Origin: a virus
Reading direction: 5' to 3' (one strand)
Length of the DNA: 58,728 nucleotides
Virus record (IMG/VR): IMGVR_UViG_3300045988_090936
The notes beneath the pieces are model-generated. The model had not been told where the DNA came from and did no database searches. It worked only from the letters and a program-made list of their open reading frames with translations. Every line of letters begins with the position of its first letter. Positions within the stretch are counted from its first letter, which is position 1. Of the stretch, positions 37,289 through 46,885 are shown piece by piece. Position numbers and translations under genes: made by a program.

Positions 37289-37391
37289 TGGCATCACCTA
37301 ATCTATTTATACCTCCTTCCGGAGATATATGAGAAGGAGAACAACTTAAATAAGTTCTTCCCCCCCCCCCTCGAATTATTCTAAACATCAT
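37281..37391 (-). CDS. 36-aa leader ORF containing a G11 tract, ending on the cassette D start codon
   Basis: AAAGGAG RBS 9 nt before ATGATG; MMFRIIRGGGGRTYLSCSPSHISPEGGINRLGDANG; its stop TAG overlaps the ATG of cassette D (ATGGCTAG). Confidence 0.4.
   Translation of the reverse strand: MMFRIIRGGGGRTYLSCSPSHISPEGGINRLGDANG
37360..37370 (-). repeat. homopolymeric G11 tract (C11 on the plus strand)
   Basis: Plus strand ttctt-ccccccccccc-tcgaa, counted directly. Confidence 0.9.
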
Positions 37392-37408
37392 AATTTCAAA
37401 CTCCTTTC

Positions 37409-37960
37409 TTAAAAGTCTTCAATTACTTCATACTCTAAATATACATCTAAATTAGGTTTATTCTTTATGTAATCTAAAGAAGATGTATTAGTTTGATTCC
37501 AATCACTTTGTATTTGAGCAGCTGGTATAGTTGGTTTATCTCTTAAATCATTATAAGAACCAGTTTTTGATATCTTATGTAATTTAATAGTTCCTCCTAT
37601 TGTTTCATTACTGCTTACTGATTGGCTTGCTGTATTATTAGTATTTAGAATTGGCTTGTTTTGAAGGTCATTATAATTTATTGTACCTCCACTTGCTGCC
37701 TTTCCTAAAATATAAAATCTTTGACCATTGTTGTAACGAACCATTTCAATTTCTTCTCCCACAACAAGTGGTAGGGCTGAACTAGGAGAAGAGTCATCTA
37801 TTCCTAGACTCCTAGGTTCAATGAAGCTCAGCCCTATACTAATTTTATTACTAATTCTTACTTTTAGAGGTTCTAAAGATTCTACTGTACCTTTTATTAT
37901 TGTTGTAAATGAAATACTGTTTAATTTACGGTTTATTGCTTCATTTATAGTATTTATCAT
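37409..37960 (-). CDS. XkdR/gpV-like baseplate spike protein with C-terminal fibre repeats
   Basis: GTVESLEPLKVRISNKISIG (DUF2577-like OB fold); repeats YNDLQNKP / YNDLRDKP / DYIKNKP. Confidence 0.55.
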   Translation of the reverse strand: MINTINEAINRKLNSISFTTIIKGTVESLEPLKVRISNKISIGLSFIEPRSLGIDDSSPSSALPLVVGEEIEMVRYNNGQRFYILGKAASGGTINYNDLQNKPILNTNNTASQSVSSNETIGGTIKLHKISKTGSYNDLRDKPTIPAAQIQSDWNQTNTSSLDYIKNKPNLDVYLEYEVIEDF

Positions 37961-38946
37961 TCAAACCTCACCTCCAAGTCCATATCATGAATACCATTTG
38001 AGTACTTATCCTCTATCTTGGTAATCAATGCAGCTTGGTTAAATGTAATACCAGGTATATCAGTTATTTGAAGATAGATACCATTACCTGGTTCTAAATC
38101 TATTAACCCTTTACAATTTAATTTCAAAGTTCTATTTAATCTATTATAAAGTCTTAATAGTTGTTCTGCTTTGGCTCTTGCTTGAGCATCAGTAACATTT
38201 TCATCAACTGATTGATATAATTGAAGCATACCCCATCTTTTCTGATTATCAGAATCTTTTACTATATATACTTCTCTTCTACCTGTATCTTTATTATCTT
38301 TGTATAACTTAACACTGTTATAAACATCTGAATCTATTGATTCTTTATAACTATAATCTTTTAATAAACTTACATTACCTATAATTGCATTGGTAACTAA
38401 TTTACTTACATCTCTGCAGCATAAGTATCCAAACTCATCTCTAATTATATATTGTCTACCAGTTCCTTGTAAAGTAAAATCTATTGCTCTTTGAATTATA
38501 TCTCCTAGCGCTTTATTATCTTCTACCCTTTCTGGTAATATATATCTAGAACCTTCAATAGTTCCTAATCTTAAATTGAAATCTCTTCCTATCAATCTAA
38601 TAAGGTTTTCCATAGTAGTTCCAGTTAATACATAACTTTCACTATTCTTTAGATATCTCAATTGATCATAGGCTGTTATACTAACACTATCTCCTTTTGG
38701 TTCTGCTGTAAATATATAACCAAAGAATTTTCCTTTTCTCTTTCCACCTTCAGTAACTGTTAAACTTACTGTACTACCCATTGGAAATCTTATTTTATTT
38801 TGATTTGTATCAATAGAAAAGGAACACTTTCCTGCAGAGTTATCGATAGCTTTACTAGTACTTACATCTTTTGCAATATTACTTACATCGTATATAGTAC
38901 CATCTTCTGAACTTTGAATAATCAATTCTAAACTATCATACTGCAT
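37957..38946 (-). CDS. XkdQ / late control gene D-like baseplate hub protein
   Basis: Size and conserved position between the LysM protein and the spike. Confidence 0.55.
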   Translation of the reverse strand: MQYDSLELIIQSSEDGTIYDVSNIAKDVSTSKAIDNSAGKCSFSIDTNQNKIRFPMGSTVSLTVTEGGKRKGKFFGYIFTAEPKGDSVSITAYDQLRYLKNSESYVLTGTTMENLIRLIGRDFNLRLGTIEGSRYILPERVEDNKALGDIIQRAIDFTLQGTGRQYIIRDEFGYLCCRDVSKLVTNAIIGNVSLLKDYSYKESIDSDVYNSVKLYKDNKDTGRREVYIVKDSDNQKRWGMLQLYQSVDENVTDAQARAKAEQLLRLYNRLNRTLKLNCKGLIDLEPGNGIYLQITDIPGITFNQAALITKIEDKYSNGIHDMDLEVRFE

Positions 38947-38957
38947 AGTGTTCCCTC

Positions 38958-39656
38958 CTAACTAGATGGAATTGAAAGAACTTGACCTGGATAAATCAAA
39001 TTAGGATTTCCACCTATAATACTCTTATTATTATTATATGTATAAATCTCTCTCCACCTAGAACCACTACCAAGAAATTTTTGTGCTATCTTCCACAAGG
39101 AATCTCCACTAATTACTGTATATTGTTTAGGTATTGATTTTTCCACTGGTCTATTACTATTGGTTGTTGTAGGTGCTGCACTAGAAACAGTTCTACCACT
39201 ACTATCCACAACCATATAACCATTGCTTACTGGTTTAAGTATTCTTACATTATGTTCTTTATATTCCTTTAAACTTAAACTATAATCAACATCATCAGTA
39301 CCAAATTGATAAGTATGTTCAAAACTCTCAACACTTACTAACATATTGATATCTAATTGGGTTATTATCAATCTAAATGGTTTTCTATCTTTCTTTATAT
39401 CCTCGAAGAACTTAACATAGAATTCTGGTCCTTCAAATCCTCCACTAGTATTGATATACCCTTCTCCATTATCCCTCGCAGGAAAGAAGGATTCGATAGA
39501 TAATTCCTTTAACCCAGCGAATCCAATATCATTGATTTCTCCTTGTCCTACGGTATCAACAGTATTATTATTGGCTTGACCACTAATAGTAATACTCTCG
39601 GGATTTACAGGAAGCTGTATAATTCTCTCATTGTACTTTGCAAAGAAACTTATCAT
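38958..39656 (-). CDS. XkdP-like LysM-domain tail protein
   Basis: C-terminal [27 protein letters not shown]...[10 protein letters not shown] LysM. Confidence 0.7.
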   Translation of the reverse strand: MISFFAKYNERIIQLPVNPESITISGQANNNTVDTVGQGEINDIGFAGLKELSIESFFPARDNGEGYINTSGGFEGPEFYVKFFEDIKKDRKPFRLIITQLDINMLVSVESFEHTYQFGTDDVDYSLSLKEYKEHNVRILKPVSNGYMVVDSSGRTVSSAAPTTTNSNRPVEKSIPKQYTVISGDSLWKIAQKFLGSGSRWREIYTYNNNKSIIGGNPNLIYPGQVLSIPSS

Positions 39657-39657
39657 A

Positions 39658-42090
39658 TTATGCCTCCTCTACTACATATAATTCTGCTAATTCATCTTCC
39701 ATCATCTTTTGAATTGCATCTTTAACAGCTCCTACATCTGCTGTTTCTCTTACATCTCCGAAGCTGATGTTTACATTTGGAGTTATATGTTTATAGTTTA
39801 ACATATATTCTCTTGTTGCAATATCTTTTAGCATCTTTAAATCTTCATCTGAAATATCTACTTCTTTATCTGAATTCTTCTTAATATCAACAGGTACATT
39901 ACCATTTGGTGTCATCATCTTTGACATATCGAACTCTCCGAATTGGTTTTGGTCCATTGGATTATTTAATAAGTCATCCATCATATTACCAGGATTGAAA
40001 CTTCCTATTGCTGATGAAATCTTATTGGTAATGTTATCTCCCCACGCTGCACCTTTTGTAAAGGCATCTGCTACCCAACCTTCTCCGAAGGTATCAAAGG
40101 TATCCATTCCTTTATTAAATGCATCTGTAAGACTTTCATAATCCTCTTTACTGTTTTGAGCATCTTTAGCTTTCTTCGCATAATCTTTAGCTTTACTTGT
40201 AATACCACTATAGTCAAAGTCTACGAATGGTAATTTATTTAATGCTTTACAAATACCTTCAACTACTGTTAGAGCTGTACTTAATAGGTTATAGAAGAAA
40301 GATTGTACATTCTTAATTGCATTACTAAATGCTATTCTTACATTAGATGCACAAGCTTTCATAACTTCCCATATACCAAGTCCAATGTTAGCAACTTCTA
40401 ATCCCAAGTTCTTGAAGAATTGAATTACTACATTAACTCCACCAGCTATCATTCCCAATCCAGAACCAGCAAGTCCAGTTGCTTTTGCCATCCATTGCAT
40501 AAAGGCAAAGATTGCTGCTATCAATGCTATTACTAATACTATTATCCAAACAAGTGGACAAGCATATAACGCTCCATTAACAGCCCATTGAACTATGTGC
40601 CATATTGCTAAAGCTGCTACTAATAATCCAATAACTACTACTATTATTTCTAATGGAGTTTTTAATGCCATTAACACTCCAACTACTATTGCAATAATTC
40701 CTATCGCTAATAACATTTGAGAGTTAGCAGCCATCCACGCTGTTGCCTTCGCCCATAATGCAGTTACGGCAGCCCACGCAGCTGGTACATATGTTCCAAT
40801 TAACACTGCAGCTATTGCTCCAAGTAATGGAATTGTTATATACATATGGTTAGCTAGGAAATCAAATCCCCATCCTAATCCTTGTAATATAATCAATGCC
40901 ACTCCGGCAAATGTTCTAATACCACTTAATATTCCACTTAATATTGTTTGGAACCTTTCACTATTTAACATTTCCGCAATCTTATCAGCAACAGGTTGCA
41001 TATATCTTTGAGCTGTATTCTTCATACTATTCATAGCATCTCCGAATGTCTTTGGCATCTGTTCATATTTAGCATTGATATCATCTGCTGCGCTAAATAA
41101 AGCATTCTTAATTATATCAGATGTAATAGCTCCTTCGGCAGCTAGATCTCTTAACTCACCTTTTGATTTACCCATATACTTCGCAATTGCATCAGCAAGC
41201 ATTGGTGCATTCTCCATAATACTTCTGAATTCATCACCTTGAAGTTTACCACTTGCCATTGCTTGAGTTAACTGATATGTTGCTGCACTTATTTCTTGTT
41301 GTCCTGCTCCTGATACTTTAAATGATTTATTCATCATTTCACTAAATGCTATCATTTCATCATTATTCTTAAATGCATCTCCAGCAAGTAATCCTAATTT
41401 AGAAACTGAATTAGCCATATCAGTATAAGAACCTCTTGACCTTTGTGCTGCTTGATATAGTTTATTCTGTAAATCAATTGTGGTTTGTGTACCATCATTT
41501 ATTAAGTTCAATCTAGATTGTGTTAATGATAATTCATCTGACCAATCTAAAACTTTCTTTACTCCTCCGAATAATGTTTTAGCAGCTTGGATTGTTTGAT
41601 TGAACTTAAGCATTTTAGCTGTCCATTTATCTATTCCACCTTCTACATCTCTTTCTTTAGGTGGTATCTTTCCTACGTTATCAGCTACTTTCAATACTTC
41701 TTCGGCTTGCTTTTCTATTTCACCAGTTAATTTATCTGATTTCATAGCCAAGTCTTCCACCTTATTTTGAATGTTATTGATTGAGGTTTGTATTCCATTT
41801 ATTTTCTTTTCATTTTTAGAATACATTCCTTGTTCAGTAGCTAATTCCTTTTCTAGAATCTTTTGCTTTTGATTTAGCAACTCTGCTTGAGTATTTATTC
41901 TATCTTGAGAATGTTCTAACTGAAGGTATTTATCAATGGCATTTTGTAAAGCTGGAGATACATTTCCACCTATTGGTTGGTTAGCAATAACATCAGCTTT
42001 ATCTATAACACTATCCATAGCACTTGCAACACTGTTAAATGTTTTAGTCGCTTGGTCCTGCATTTTAAATGTAGAACTAATAGTTGCCAT
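39658..42090 (-). CDS. tape measure protein
   Basis: 810 aa with a coiled-coil N-terminus and a central hydrophobic block; lies downstream of the frameshifted chaperone. Confidence 0.85.
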   Translation of the reverse strand: MATISSTFKMQDQATKTFNSVASAMDSVIDKADVIANQPIGGNVSPALQNAIDKYLQLEHSQDRINTQAELLNQKQKILEKELATEQGMYSKNEKKINGIQTSINNIQNKVEDLAMKSDKLTGEIEKQAEEVLKVADNVGKIPPKERDVEGGIDKWTAKMLKFNQTIQAAKTLFGGVKKVLDWSDELSLTQSRLNLINDGTQTTIDLQNKLYQAAQRSRGSYTDMANSVSKLGLLAGDAFKNNDEMIAFSEMMNKSFKVSGAGQQEISAATYQLTQAMASGKLQGDEFRSIMENAPMLADAIAKYMGKSKGELRDLAAEGAITSDIIKNALFSAADDINAKYEQMPKTFGDAMNSMKNTAQRYMQPVADKIAEMLNSERFQTILSGILSGIRTFAGVALIILQGLGWGFDFLANHMYITIPLLGAIAAVLIGTYVPAAWAAVTALWAKATAWMAANSQMLLAIGIIAIVVGVLMALKTPLEIIVVVIGLLVAALAIWHIVQWAVNGALYACPLVWIIVLVIALIAAIFAFMQWMAKATGLAGSGLGMIAGGVNVVIQFFKNLGLEVANIGLGIWEVMKACASNVRIAFSNAIKNVQSFFYNLLSTALTVVEGICKALNKLPFVDFDYSGITSKAKDYAKKAKDAQNSKEDYESLTDAFNKGMDTFDTFGEGWVADAFTKGAAWGDNITNKISSAIGSFNPGNMMDDLLNNPMDQNQFGEFDMSKMMTPNGNVPVDIKKNSDKEVDISDEDLKMLKDIATREYMLNYKHITPNVNISFGDVRETADVGAVKDAIQKMMEDELAELYVVEEA

Positions 42091-42114
42091 ATCATTACCT
42101 CCTTCTTGTACGCA

Positions 42115-42725
42115 TTATTTTTTCTTACGAGAGGCTGTCTTCATTTTAGATTCCTCTTTCTTTTTCTCTTTTTGGTATTCATCAATGAAGGCAATAATTA
42201 AGGCCTTCTCTTTCACTGGTAAGTTAGCGAATTCGGAAGGCCTCATATGTATCTTATGGAAAGCGAAGTATGCGTACATCGTCTCGCCATCGTTTTCCGC
42301 TATTAGTTTTTTGCTTTTTCTATTTCTTCATTTATGTCTACATCGAATCCTGATAGAGAACTTATTTGATTACCTAATTCTACTATCTCACCAGCTAGCA
42401 ATACTTTAGACACAGCTTGTTCAGGAGTTACAGCTCCTACTTTCTTTAAGAATTCTGCATTCTTGAAATCTGGGTCTAGGCAACAATTTACTATACACAT
42501 TACATTATATTTACCACTATCGAATGAAGTTTCTCTTTTCTTACCATTCATATTGATTTTAGTACATGCCTTTTGGAACATACCAAATTCATCTCCACTC
42601 ATTGGTCTAATTTTAAACTTTAGTAAGTTACCATCCTTATCTTTAAATCTAGGACTTATTGCTACTTCTTCTTTAATTTCATCAATGTTTTGGTTTTCTG
42701 CTAGAAAATCTTGTAATAATGACAT
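42115..42725 (-). CDS. tail assembly chaperone, -1 frameshift-extended form (gpGT-like)
   Basis: After the slip at A_AAA_AAC the -1 frame stays open for 63 codons (LIAENDGETMYAYFAFHKIHMRPSEF...KKK), up to 24 nt before the tape measure ATG. Confidence 0.65.
42303..42725 (-). CDS. tail assembly chaperone (XkdN-like), zero-frame product
   Basis: 140 aa, lying between the tail tube and tape measure genes. Confidence 0.7.
   Translation of the reverse strand: MSLLQDFLAENQNIDEIKEEVAISPRFKDKDGNLLKFKIRPMSGDEFGMFQKACTKINMNGKKRETSFDSGKYNVMCIVNCCLDPDFKNAEFLKKVGAVTPEQAVSKVLLAGEIVELGNQISSLSGFDVDINEEIEKAKN
42306..42312 (-). promoter_or_regulatory. -1 programmed ribosomal frameshift slippery heptamer A_AAA_AAC
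   Basis: Minus strand GCA AAA AAC TAA at the end of the chaperone ORF. Confidence 0.65.
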
Positions 42726-42771
42726 AATATCTTCTCCCTTCTATAATATCATTACTGTATTACTGGCATAT

Positions 42772-42835
42772 CTGTTAAATAAAAGGAGTTTTGTTTAGTT
42801 CAAATAATTTATATTATCTCCATTCAAAACTCCTT
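42772..42835 (-). terminator. long hairpin, terminator/attenuator after the tail tube gene
   Basis: AAGGAGTTTTG ... CAAAACTCCTT (11-bp stem) followed by TTATTT on the minus strand. Confidence 0.45.
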
Positions 42836-42856
42836 AAATTAACCGTGTATTTTTAA

Positions 42857-43324
42857 CTAATCTGAATATGTTGGAGATACAAAGCTTTCTAATATATCGA
42901 AATCACTAAATGTGAAATCCATATCTTCATCCAATGCATCTGAATCAACATCGAATTTAGCTAGGTTAACACTATCAATCATACAATCATATAATACAAC
43001 TGTTTGTTTTCCGATGCTAGTACCTTTATCCTCGTTAGTTATTACTAACTTGAATGAAGGAAGTACACCTTCTTTAGCATATCTTAATAATAGATTTCTA
43101 AATATAGTTGTAATGTAATAGATTGTCATTGAACCGCTACCAGTCCATCCAGTAGTTTTGTTTTGAACTCCTCTTTTACCCATTACTTTAACTTCTGATT
43201 TATTTAATTCTGCAGAAGCTTCAATTGATTTGGCATAAAAGAATTCCTCTACTTTACCATTGATATCGATATATGCAACGGCTTCACTACCAGCAGGAAT
43301 ATCACTTGCTTTTAATGTTTTCAT
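42857..43324 (-). CDS. tail tube protein (XkdM-like)
   Basis: 155 aa directly after the sheath gene, with an XkdM-like pattern. Confidence 0.7.
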   Translation of the reverse strand: MKTLKASDIPAGSEAVAYIDINGKVEEFFYAKSIEASAELNKSEVKVMGKRGVQNKTTGWTGSGSMTIYYITTIFRNLLLRYAKEGVLPSFKLVITNEDKGTSIGKQTVVLYDCMIDSVNLAKFDVDSDALDEDMDFTFSDFDILESFVSPTYSD

Positions 43325-43344
43325 CTATTTTTCCTCCCTTCGAA

Positions 43345-44706
43345 TTATCTTACATTAACTATCATATAAAGTTTATCAACGCTATATGTTGGTTGAATGT
43401 ATATTTCAGAATAGTAAGCATCTACTTGTTCTCCAGCTTCAACCATTACATCAGTTGAACTATTGAAGTTTATAATTGCTCCACTATTTTGAAGTTCTGT
43501 TAGATAACTAATTATGCTTGCTTTGAATAAAGCTCTACCATTAACATCTTGAACTACTTTACCAGCGTAATTTTGTTCAAAGTCTAATGCTATATGGTTT
43601 GCTACTGCATCTAACAATCTAATAACTTTATTTTCTTTGAAAGCATCAGTTACATCATCTCTTAAGTTTACTAAAGTATTGATATCTTTTTCAATTACTA
43701 TAGCTCCATCTCTTCTCTTACTAATTATGATATATCCACTTGTAATTAAAGATTCAATATCATCTTCTAATACATTGCCAGTTACTTCTACTGCGTTAGC
43801 AACTACTTTATAAGTATTTGATTCAGTTACATCAGCTCCTGCTGTTGCTCCTGCTACCCATACTACAAATTCTTCTGCACTTAATTCAGTACCATCAGCG
43901 TATTTAACACCTTGGTTATAAGTACTAATAACTCCTTCATAGTTAGCTGCTACATAGTTGTTAATAACTGCTTGACATTTAATACCTCTAGTTTCTCTCA
44001 TTTCTTGGATAAATTCTTTAATAGTACCACCATTAAATAATTCTGTTTCTCCAATCTTGAATGCTGCTAAAGTATCAAATTGTGTATTCTTTAATTTAGC
44101 AAGATATTCTGTATACATTTGGTTAGTTGGAGTTCCATCAGTTCCACCAGCTAGTAATGTATTTACTGCTGTTTGAGCTATTACTGCATCTCCTTCACCG
44201 AAATCTACAAAATCATTTGAAACTAGTTCATTTATATTAGTAACTATTTGAGAATCTTTTTGAGTGCTTCCTAGGAATGTATTAACACTATAACCACCAC
44301 TATATGCTTCTTTGATAGATACACTAATATTATTACCAGTTGTACCTTTATATTTAGCAGTTACTGTAAGGTTTTTATTTGAAGCTACTGGAATATCTAC
44401 AGTTGCCTTTGCACCACCTTTATCAGCACGATATAGTAGTAATGTATGAGCGTTCTCTAAAGCTGCTTTGAATAATTTAGCTTTAGAATTGTAAACATTA
44501 AATCCTAATATCTTTTCAAGCTTATTAGAATATAAATCAGCTACAGTTACTTTAATCAATTCATCTTCAGGACCCCATCCAATAGGAGCTGCCATAGTAA
44601 CAATTCCTCTTGAACCTACTATATTATCAGTAGATGGAACACCTTGGAATTTAATATAAGCACCTGGTCTGATTTTGTTTTGACTTTGAAAACTTCCACC
44701 TGCCAT
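43345..44706 (-). CDS. contractile tail sheath protein
   Basis: MAGGSFQSQNKIRPGAYIKF N-terminus; 453 aa. Confidence 0.85.
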   Translation of the reverse strand: MAGGSFQSQNKIRPGAYIKFQGVPSTDNIVGSRGIVTMAAPIGWGPEDELIKVTVADLYSNKLEKILGFNVYNSKAKLFKAALENAHTLLLYRADKGGAKATVDIPVASNKNLTVTAKYKGTTGNNISVSIKEAYSGGYSVNTFLGSTQKDSQIVTNINELVSNDFVDFGEGDAVIAQTAVNTLLAGGTDGTPTNQMYTEYLAKLKNTQFDTLAAFKIGETELFNGGTIKEFIQEMRETRGIKCQAVINNYVAANYEGVISTYNQGVKYADGTELSAEEFVVWVAGATAGADVTESNTYKVVANAVEVTGNVLEDDIESLITSGYIIISKRRDGAIVIEKDINTLVNLRDDVTDAFKENKVIRLLDAVANHIALDFEQNYAGKVVQDVNGRALFKASIISYLTELQNSGAIINFNSSTDVMVEAGEQVDAYYSEIYIQPTYSVDKLYMIVNVR

Positions 44707-44707
44707 A

Positions 44708-45202
44708 TTACATATCCTCCTTTTCTTTATTTATTATATGTTTATCTAGGTAATTAGTTTTAACTTTATCCATATCTAAATACTGAATAGTTCTCATTGG
44801 AAATACTATATCAAAATGTAATACTTTATCCACTATAGTTACTTCTATATTGTTTATTCTATTACTTTTAGAATATACTTTATTTCCATCTATGTTAACT
44901 ATTTCTAAATATCTAAATAATTGTTTCAACTCATCAATTTTATCATTGATATCCTTTACCTTGTTATTCTTATTATCTGTGAAATACTTAATTTCATATC
45001 TATATGTATCATCAGTTAGATGGTATTGATGTCCTGTATAACCTTTCTTGGAATTATCATCTATCTTTTGTACATGGAAAGATGGTTTCTCAAATCCTTG
45101 TTCGATTTCCTCATCATAATAATGATAGTTATCTCCAAAGTGATTAGATAATGCATATACGATTGAACCAAGTATTATATTTTCAGTTATCTCTATATTC
45201 AT
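44708..45202 (-). CDS. tail completion / terminator-like protein
   Basis: Called from position upstream of the sheath gene only. Confidence 0.35.
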   Translation of the reverse strand: MNIEITENIILGSIVYALSNHFGDNYHYYDEEIEQGFEKPSFHVQKIDDNSKKGYTGHQYHLTDDTYRYEIKYFTDNKNNKVKDINDKIDELKQLFRYLEIVNIDGNKVYSKSNRINNIEVTIVDKVLHFDIVFPMRTIQYLDMDKVKTNYLDKHIINKEKEDM

Positions 45203-45618
45203 AATCCCATCTCCTTTACAAAGTTATTAAATAATATATTCCAAACTCTATTCATATCAGCAACAACTTCATCAGTTGCCATAGTTAACATTCTTCTTCC
45301 TTCAACCCAGCTTACTCTACCTCTGGTAAAGTGTCCGTATTCTACATAAGAAGCATAACTCTCATCAGCACCATCATCCCTAGCATCATTATATATGGTT
45401 AATTGAATATCATTACCTTTAACTTCCACTCTAGAAACCTTCCAACTTCTTCTTAATCTTCCGGTTCTTACTGGAGTAGTTTTAAGTACTCTACTCATTA
45501 CCATAGTTGCTAATGTATTAAGATATCTTTCTTCAAAGTTTCTTAATTGGTTAGCAGCCTTTAATACTTTTAATTGATAATCTTTAATTGCCTTCACATC
45601 TAATTCGAAGGTAGCCAT
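45199..45618 (-). CDS. HK97 gp10-like tail component
   Basis: TPVRTGRLRRSWKV motif. Confidence 0.6.
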   Translation of the reverse strand: MATFELDVKAIKDYQLKVLKAANQLRNFEERYLNTLATMVMSRVLKTTPVRTGRLRRSWKVSRVEVKGNDIQLTIYNDARDDGADESYASYVEYGHFTRGRVSWVEGRRMLTMATDEVVADMNRVWNILFNNFVKEMGL

Positions 45619-46008
45619 TTAATTCTCCTCATCAATTATTATTGGGATTTCCTGATGGTAATCAAATCTATTTGGTTCTCCACAGATTCCTTCTATCAGC
45701 TGTTCAATTCCACTTGGACTATCTTTACGATATCCTTTAATGAAATCTCCTGCCTTTATATTATAATCTAAATCTAAAAATACTCTTACTTCTTTTAACA
45801 CTGGAACATAAACATCATTACCATCTCCTGGATTATCCACATTGGTAAAACTAAACTTACAAGGAATATCTTCATATAGTACTTCTCTTCCGTTAGGATT
45901 TGTAGCACCGTATTTATCTTTGACATTTCCTAGTTTAGATATTGTACAGGTATCTCCATACATTAAGTTATTGACTATCTTACCGAATGGTCTTAAATTA
46001 AATGCCAT
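45619..46008 (-). CDS. head closure / head-tail joining protein
   Basis: Called from position. Start moved to MAFNLRPFGK behind GAAAGGA. Confidence 0.4.
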   Translation of the reverse strand: MAFNLRPFGKIVNNLMYGDTCTISKLGNVKDKYGATNPNGREVLYEDIPCKFSFTNVDNPGDGNDVYVPVLKEVRVFLDLDYNIKAGDFIKGYRKDSPSGIEQLIEGICGEPNRFDYHQEIPIIIDEEN

Positions 46009-46438
46009 GTAAATCCTTTCCACAACCAGCTGGGAATTTCCTATAAGATTGTAATTGTTTAGTGAAACTAAATAATATGTTAGCATCCACCGAATTGTTA
46101 TTATATCCAGTATCTATAGTATCATCAGATGAACCTGCTTCTACATTTATTGTAGTATCCCCAGCTTTTACACTAGTTATTCTTTTAGCAAGTTCTTCTT
46201 CTGATGTAGTATCCTTTTCAAATAAAGGTTTAAGAATATCTTTCATAAATTCTATTGCCATATCCGCCCAAGTATAATACAATCCTTGTGGCATATCTTG
46301 TCTATGACAATATCCTTGGATTAGTGCCTTTGCACGTGCTAATACAAATTCTATATCTTCATCAGTAACCTTTGCATAGTTTTCTGAAGATAATAGTTTT
46401 GATAGCTTGTACTTAACTATTTTCTTTACCTCATCCAT
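45998..46438 (-). CDS. gp6-like head-tail connector protein
   Basis: Position and an N-terminal helical pattern. Confidence 0.45.
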   Translation of the reverse strand: MDEVKKIVKYKLSKLLSSENYAKVTDEDIEFVLARAKALIQGYCHRQDMPQGLYYTWADMAIEFMKDILKPLFEKDTTSEEELAKRITSVKAGDTTINVEAGSSDDTIDTGYNNNSVDANILFSFTKQLQSYRKFPAGCGKDLHGI

Positions 46439-46456
46439 ATTAGCACCTCCTATTTA

Positions 46457-46819
46457 TTATTCTTCATTAGCAATTTTATTTAATAAATCACTATCTTCAT
46501 CCTCTTCAGTTTCTACTTCTTCTTCATCTGATTCTGATTCAGTTTCTTCTTCTATTTCATCTTCTGAAACTTCTTCTTCCTCTTCTTCATCTGATTCTGT
46601 AGATTCTAAATTGGCTTTAGTTTCTTCTAATAAAGCAATTAAATCAGCTTTCTTATTAGATGGGAATTCAGTAACTCCTAGTTCTCTTAATTCTTCTCTA
46701 ATTTCATTGATTGTTTTTTCTTTATCAGCATTTTCTTTTACTGGTTCTTGACCGATAGGTACTTCTTGACCTGGTTCGTAATCAATACCATTATGTTTTA
46801 CTGGAAATGGATATTTCAT
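46457..46819 (-). CDS. highly acidic protein with a SAP/Rho-N-like helix-extended-helix motif
   Basis: TINEIREELRELGV...KKADLIALLEE followed by a long E/D/S run. Start moved to MKYPFPV behind AAGGAGGAG. Confidence 0.5.
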   Translation of the reverse strand: MKYPFPVKHNGIDYEPGQEVPIGQEPVKENADKEKTINEIREELRELGVTEFPSNKKADLIALLEETKANLESTESDEEEEEEVSEDEIEEETESESDEEEVETEEDEDSDLLNKIANEE

Positions 46820-46850
46820 AAGTTCTCCTCCTTCTACTTTAAATTCCATT

Positions 46851-46882
46851 TAAGAAATAAGGAAGGTCTTGCAACCTTCCTT
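46851..46882 (-). terminator. hairpin terminator/attenuator just after the major capsid gene
   Basis: Minus strand AAGGAAGGT-tgcaag-ACCTTCCTT followed by ATTTCTT. Confidence 0.6.
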
Positions 46883-46885
46883 TGA

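Noticed and set aside
31111-37391. Diversity-generating retroelement or invertible shufflon as the source of fibre-tip variation
   Set aside because: The window has no reverse transcriptase, no template/variable repeat pair, no invertase and no inverted repeats flanking the cassettes. The cassettes are all in the same orientation.
41936-42409. Plus-strand ORFs throughout the track (for example 41936..42409, 22719..23189, 46407..46751, 49901..50302 and 31917..32297)
   Set aside because: All lie antisense to well-supported minus-strand genes, lack convincing RBSs, and have low-complexity L/F/I/S-rich translations. That is the pattern expected from the complement of AT-rich coding sequence. I could support no plus-strand gene.
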